From Antedon mediterranea (Eukaryota; Animalia; Echinodermata): 64,000 nucleotides of DNA. Shown here one piece after another: positions 63,231 to 64,000 of this stretch. The stretch's first letter is position 1; every line of letters starts with the position of its first letter. The translations under genes were made by a program, and so were the position numbers. Location of the stretch: NCBI RefSeq assembly GCF_964355755.1, contig NC_092672.1:5208001-5272000 (forward strand), given 5' to 3'. The notes under the pieces were generated by a model that saw nothing but the letters and a program-made list of their open reading frames with translations, ran no database searches and was not told where the DNA came from.

Positions 63231-64000
63231 CTGTAGCCTATTACCGTATAATTTTCATCAAAAAGTAAATAAACCAAACACTAATTCACCATAAATCGTA
63301 GTTACTTTATTTGAACGCCTTTTTCATAATACCGTGGACATAATTATACAACATACTGTCAACTTCTTCGCTTATCAACTGACCAAGGAGGACGGACAGA
63401 CACCTTCTGATAACTATTGATTTTGAAGTCTAAAGCTCTGTTTACACTCTCAAACTAGTTTGACAAAAAAGTGTGATATGCCTAAATATGGTAGTGATAT
63501 GCCCAAATATAGTAGTGATATGACATCATCATGTCTATATGGGTACCAAGCATCACATTTATAGTCATTAGTCATTTTATAGTGTAGACAGAGCTTTTAT
63601 ACAACTTCAGTTTGAGTTGCCTTATTCCACTATGGCTGAAAACCTAACCACATGGGTGTATGTTGCAAATGGGGATTATTTTAGACATGATATGAGCTCA
63701 AATACTTTAAAGAATTAAATGTGTTAAGAGTCACTTGACCAAACTCTGAAGCAATTTAATTAATTATTTAATCTGTTTAGCATTTGTTATCAAAGTATTG
63801 GTATCATAAACAGAATTCTACATAAAACCTCTCTCTTTGGGACACCCCTAATAATGGGGACACTTTCGTATTAAATGAATGATGCACAATATCTTTTTCA
63901 AACCCTATTCAGAAGACATGCTAATATAGAGATATTTTGTTGAGCCTAGTTGATATTCTTTGATATAGTACTAGAATGATAAAAAATGAACAAACAAAAT

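Overview
AT-rich, intron-containing animal genomic DNA; the Deu/Nin-type SINEs and gene content suggest an invertebrate deuterostome, possibly an echinoderm (inference only). I rebuilt six spliced genes by hand from GT-AG junctions with consistent phases. (1) The extracellular part of an adhesion GPCR on the - strand (signal peptide, F-type lectin, EGF-like, SEA, GAIN/GPS; the 7TM runs off the left edge). (2) ESS2/DGCR14. (3) A PPM1E/PPM1F-type PP2C phosphatase. (4, 5) Two tandem SIRT4 genes. (6) The 5' part of an RNF34/RFFL E3 ligase, whose RING exons lie beyond the window. The most notable result is the downstream SIRT4 copy: its ORF, splice sites, NAD-binding motifs and Zn cysteines are intact, but the catalytic His is Asn and the SIRT4 substrate-specificity residues are lost. 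Non-coding DNA holds many MITEs, a Helitron-like element nested in a MITE, tRNA- and 5S-derived SINEs, LINE and Penelope remnants with three hammerhead-like motifs, and several tandem arrays. One array is a 4.4-kb composite built from the 5' end of a zinc-finger ORF. No CRISPR or prokaryotic system is present. All homology calls come from motif recognition, not database searches.
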